64,000 bases of DNA from Bacteroidales bacterium. GTDB taxonomy: Bacteria > Bacteroidota > Bacteroidia > Bacteroidales > WCHB1-69. The notes under the pieces are model-generated. The model searched no databases. It was not told the origin of the DNA and saw only the letters and a program-made list of their open reading frames with translations. Positions 57,321 to 64,000 of this stretch are shown piece by piece; the first letter of the stretch is position 1; the number at the start of each line of letters is the position of its first letter. The stretch is taken from positions 6,234-70,233 of the forward strand of contig JAZLLH010000068.1 in NCBI GenBank assembly GCA_045598025.1, given 5' to 3'. Position numbers and translations under genes: made by a program.

Positions 57321-59675
57321 ATGAATGTAAAAAATATATTGATAGGCTTAGTTGCCCTGGGATTTGTATTTAACGGACAGGCTCAAAATACCTGTTGGGT
57401 ATTCCTACGCGACAAGGCGGGGAGCCAATTCAACCCTTACACCTACTTCGACGCCAAAGCCATTGAACGAAGGCAGCAACAGGGTATTCCGCTGTATGAC
57501 AGCAGCGATTTTCCACTGAATTCCTCCTATAGCCGCCAAGTGGCCGCCCTAACGGAAGAAATCGTAGGCGAAAGCCGTTGGCTCAACGCTCTCGGCGTAA
57601 TTGCAACCGACACTCAACTGCAAAGTCTGCAAGCCCTCCCTTTTGTAAAAAAAGTAATCATCATCCGCTCGGAAATGCACATGGCAGCCAGCGATATGAA
57701 AATCAAGGACCTGAATTACTATTTAAATCAAGCCTCCATGTCCTCAGAGTTGCACCCCCAGCTGACCCGCATGGGCGGCGAACGTTTTCTGACGGCAGGC
57801 ATTCAGGGCAAAGGCATACGCATTGCTGTACTGGACGCAGGTTTCCCCCTGGTCGACAAGCACGAAGCCTTCCGCCACCTTTTTGAAAACCACCGTATTA
57901 TCGCTACCTATAATTTTCCGAAGAAACAGGAAGACGTCTTCGGATGGAACAGTCACGGCACCATGACGCTCAGCTGCATTGCCGGTCTGGCCGGAAACGA
58001 CGAACCCTACCGCCGGCTCGGTCTGGCAAGCGAAGCCGAATTCCTGCTTGCCCGTACCGAAGTCAACACGGAGCCGAAAAAGGAAGAAGTCTGGTGGGTC
58101 ATGGGACTGGAATGGGCCGAACAGCACGGAGCCAATATCGTCAGCAGTTCCTTGGGATACGGAGACATCAACCACGGGATTTCAGACCTGAACGGCCAGT
58201 CGCCCATCAGCCGTGCCGCCAACATGGCCGCAGCCAAAGGCATACTCATCTGCAATTCGGCCGGGAACGAAGGAGACCGCAAATCCTGGCCGTGCATCAT
58301 TCTTCCCGCCGATGCCGACAGCGTGCTTACGGTAGGCGGCATCAACCCGATGTCGGAAGAACATCAGGACTTCAGTTCCTACGGACCCACTGCCGACGGA
58401 CGCCTCAAGCCCAACGTCTGCGCCTACGCCTACGAATGCCGCGTAGCCGGTCCGAACAACGGGCACAACTATCAGTGGGTGGCCGGAACATCCTTTTCCT
58501 GTCCCCTGGTGGCCGGATTTGCAGCCTGCGCCTGGCAGTGCCACCCGGAATACAACGCCATGCAGCTGAAAGCCGAAATCGAAAAATCGGCCGACCTCTA
58601 CCCTTACTATGATTACGCCATGGGATACGGTGTTCCTCAGGCCGGATACTTCTTCGACCCGGTGAAACCCATCGCGGAAAAGACGGTAGAAATCACGCGC
58701 GAAGGAAACCTTATCGTACTCAGACCGGTGGAATATCAGCTGGGAGATCATCTTTATTACCACTTCCGCCGGGCAGACGGACGCATTCTCCGATACGAGC
58801 ACCTCCGCTTCGACTTTGCCTTTTCCGGAAGCATACCGCTTCAGGAGGCAGACAATGCCGACCTGCTTTGCGTGCATTACAAAGGATATACAGAAACCGT
58901 CAACCTCCGCGAACTTCCGGCGAAAGCCGGCAATGCCGCTGTACAGCCTGAAAAGAATGCCGGACACCAGTACAGCCGCATCACCGATTACGTCATCGGC
59001 GGGCGCAAGGACAATCCTTCCCTTTGGGGAAAGAACAGTAAAAACCACATCGGCTTCTTTGCCGGATACGGAGCCGACCTGCCGGTACAGTCCTTCGCCA
59101 CAGGATATTCCTACGAATACTCCGACCTGTTCTCCTTGGGTCTGCTCTATCAGCGCAACGTAAGCAAAAGCTACGGATGGGGACTTTCCGCTGAACTGGA
59201 CATCAATAAATACCTGACAAAACGCGAGGAAATCAAACAGGACAAAGCATACATCGGACTGAATAGCGATGCCATTGCTTTGGAATTTTATCAGCACTTC
59301 CGCCTGTTGGCTGCAGGAGCAGGCGGCCTCGGACTGGACCTGGGCATCGTCGGACAATGGAACTACGACAATACCTGGGAATCCTATGTCGGAAAGCAGG
59401 AAAGCCTGCAGAGGGACCTTCTGATTCCGGGTTTCTGCAACAACAATACGCACACGGAAAAACGGACCCAGGAATTTGGATTTGCAAATCCGTTCACACT
59501 GGGAGCCCGCCTGCGCATCAGTTACAGCTGTTTTGCCCTGTTTGCACAGTACGATTTCACCGACCGTTACAAAGATTATACAGGCTTCCCGGAAGACGCC
59601 ATACTGTATTCAAATCAGATTCAACAGAATCTGAATGCTTACCGCCTGAAAATCGGATTACAGATCAGGTACTAA
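57321..59675 (+). CDS. S8 (subtilisin) family serine peptidase with C-terminal beta-barrel-like domain
   Basis: 784 aa with a signal peptide and an I9-like propeptide. Catalytic D (AVLDAGF), H (NSHGTM), N (SAGNEG) and S (GTSFSCP). The last ~240 aa show an alternating strand pattern and end …LKIGLQIRY. Confidence 0.85.
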   Translation: MNVKNILIGLVALGFVFNGQAQNTCWVFLRDKAGSQFNPYTYFDAKAIERRQQQGIPLYDSSDFPLNSSYSRQVAALTEEIVGESRWLNALGVIATDTQLQSLQALPFVKKVIIIRSEMHMAASDMKIKDLNYYLNQASMSSELHPQLTRMGGERFLTAGIQGKGIRIAVLDAGFPLVDKHEAFRHLFENHRIIATYNFPKKQEDVFGWNSHGTMTLSCIAGLAGNDEPYRRLGLASEAEFLLARTEVNTEPKKEEVWWVMGLEWAEQHGANIVSSSLGYGDINHGISDLNGQSPISRAANMAAAKGILICNSAGNEGDRKSWPCIILPADADSVLTVGGINPMSEEHQDFSSYGPTADGRLKPNVCAYAYECRVAGPNNGHNYQWVAGTSFSCPLVAGFAACAWQCHPEYNAMQLKAEIEKSADLYPYYDYAMGYGVPQAGYFFDPVKPIAEKTVEITREGNLIVLRPVEYQLGDHLYYHFRRADGRILRYEHLRFDFAFSGSIPLQEADNADLLCVHYKGYTETVNLRELPAKAGNAAVQPEKNAGHQYSRITDYVIGGRKDNPSLWGKNSKNHIGFFAGYGADLPVQSFATGYSYEYSDLFSLGLLYQRNVSKSYGWGLSAELDINKYLTKREEIKQDKAYIGLNSDAIALEFYQHFRLLAAGAGGLGLDLGIVGQWNYDNTWESYVGKQESLQRDLLIPGFCNNNTHTEKRTQEFGFANPFTLGARLRISYSCFALFAQYDFTDRYKDYTGFPEDAILYSNQIQQNLNAYRLKIGLQIRY

Positions 59676-59686
59676 CAGACATACTC

Positions 59687-60154
59687 ATGCAGACAGAACC
59701 AACCCTTAACGCTCACAACAAGCAGGAATACCCGCCGATGCATACGGCGGAGCATATTTTGAACGCCACGATGGTGAAGATGTTCGGCTGCCCGCGTTCG
59801 CGGAACGCGCACATCGAACGCAAGAAAAGCAAATGCGACTACCTGCTGGCTACGGCCCCTACGGAGGAACAGGTGGAAGCTATTGAGGCGCAGGTAAACG
59901 AGGTGATTGCGGCCGATGTGCCTGTAACCATCGAATTCGTCGACCGTGACCACATTCCCGCCGGAGTCGACCTCAGCAAACTGCCAGCGGATGCCAGCCA
60001 GACGTTGCGGCTGGTCCGCATCGGCGACTACGATGTGTGTGCCTGTGTGGGAACCCACGTCGCCAATACCGCCGAAATCGCGCTGTTCAAGATCATCAGC
60101 CACGACTGGAACGAAGGCGTCTGGAGAGTGCGTTTCAAGACGGATTACAGATAA
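59687..60154 (+). CDS. alaX: Alanyl-tRNA editing protein, AlaX-S type
   Basis: 155 aa from ATG 59687. HTAEH and CxxxH (CACVGTH) zinc motifs of the Ala/Thr-tRNA synthetase second additional domain. Confidence 0.8.
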   Translation: MQTEPTLNAHNKQEYPPMHTAEHILNATMVKMFGCPRSRNAHIERKKSKCDYLLATAPTEEQVEAIEAQVNEVIAADVPVTIEFVDRDHIPAGVDLSKLPADASQTLRLVRIGDYDVCACVGTHVANTAEIALFKIISHDWNEGVWRVRFKTDYR

Positions 60155-60175
60155 CGGAACCGCTGACCGGCCGTT

Positions 60176-60448
60176 TCATATTTTTCCCGATACGAAATCC
60201 GGATAATTCTCTGTATTGACGACGATATACGTATGCTCCGGAAAATGTTTTGCAAATGTTTCCGTCAGTTTCGGATGCCGACTTCCACTCCATTTGAATT
60301 CATAGGTATGTCTTTATACAAATAACTCCCGGAAAGATTGATAAGGACTTCCCGCTCTTCTCCCTTTATAAGGCACTGCGTTATTCCAGGAAGTGCGAAA
60401 ATACAATTTTTTACAATATAATGGAAAATTAATATAATATTTTTCCAT
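60176..60448 (-). other. Candidate small minus-strand ORF (44 + 45 codons) interrupted by one in-frame TAA; possible pseudogene or small gene
   Basis: ATG at 60448-60446 reads MEKYYINFPLYCKKLYFRTSWNNAVPYKGRRAGSPYQSFRELFV, then TAA (60316-60314). The same frame continues RHTYEFKWSGSRHPKLTETFAKHFPEHTYIVVNTENYPDFVSGKI to TGA (60178-60176). Confidence 0.3.
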
Positions 60449-60453
60449 TATAT
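60416..60453. repeat. Perfect 13-bp inverted repeat with 12-nt spacer
   Basis: ATATAATGGAAAA (60416-60428) and its exact reverse complement TTTTCCATTATAT (60441-60453). Confidence 0.9.
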
Positions 60454-60548
60454 CCTGAAATAAACGCAGAAGAAACCGTTTCCGGTCCATCAAAAAGATG
60501 GCAGAAATACAATTTCCGCACGGAAACCGCGTTATATTGTTTTTTTGA

Positions 60549-60556
60549 CAAAAGTA
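60549..60556 (-). promoter_or_regulatory. -7 box TACTTTTG on the minus strand, pointing into the alaX-dpp4 spacer
   Basis: Plus-strand CAAAAGTA at 60549-60556. This is the only exact TAnnTTTG match on either strand of the 420-bp spacer. Confidence 0.4.
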
Positions 60557-60573
60557 CAAAATCTTCAAAAAAC

Positions 60574-64000
<3,427 letters not shown>

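Overview
This 64-kb segment looks like densely packed core chromosome of a Bacteroidota (Bacteroidales-like) bacterium. I count about 55 protein-coding genes on both strands plus two tRNAs (initiator tRNA-Met and tRNA-Glu). I found no rRNA, no CRISPR array, and no transposase, integrase or phage genes.

Gene content is mostly housekeeping:
- Envelope: bamD, yidC, lptC, several outer-membrane barrels and lipoproteins.
- CoA and nucleotide metabolism: coaBC, coaX, dut.
- DNA repair: recN, nth.
- Translation and RNA: pheT, typA, rpsO-pnp, queA, truA, alaX, gltX, an ABC-F ATPase, cvfB.
- Hexuronate use: exuT, uxaC.
- Secreted peptidases: S46, M64, S8 and S9/DPP-IV.
- Three tandem FKBP isomerases.

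The taxonomic call rests on gene families (DUF4835, S46, M64, WG-repeat) and on at least 14 copies of the Bacteroides-type -7 promoter box TAnnTTTG, each 15-120 nt upstream of a gene start.

I do not see a convincing multi-gene novel defence or secretion system. The best leads are:
1. gltX is interrupted by one in-frame TGA exactly where a conserved Trp should be, inside a locally GC-rich gene.
2. The 420-bp alaX-dpp4 spacer holds an unannotated minus-strand unit: a perfect -7 box, a structured leader, and a small ORF whose AUG lies in a perfect 13-bp hairpin and which carries one in-frame TAA.
3. An orphan gamma-class N6-adenine DNA methyltransferase is wedged between exuT and uxaC.
4. An S8 subtilase has a C-terminal domain that looks like an outer-membrane beta-barrel.
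5. A 1508-aa secreted protein of unknown function sits in a tight yidC / ABC-F / cvfB / X / M64 gene string.

All family assignments come from motif recognition by eye; no database search was possible.
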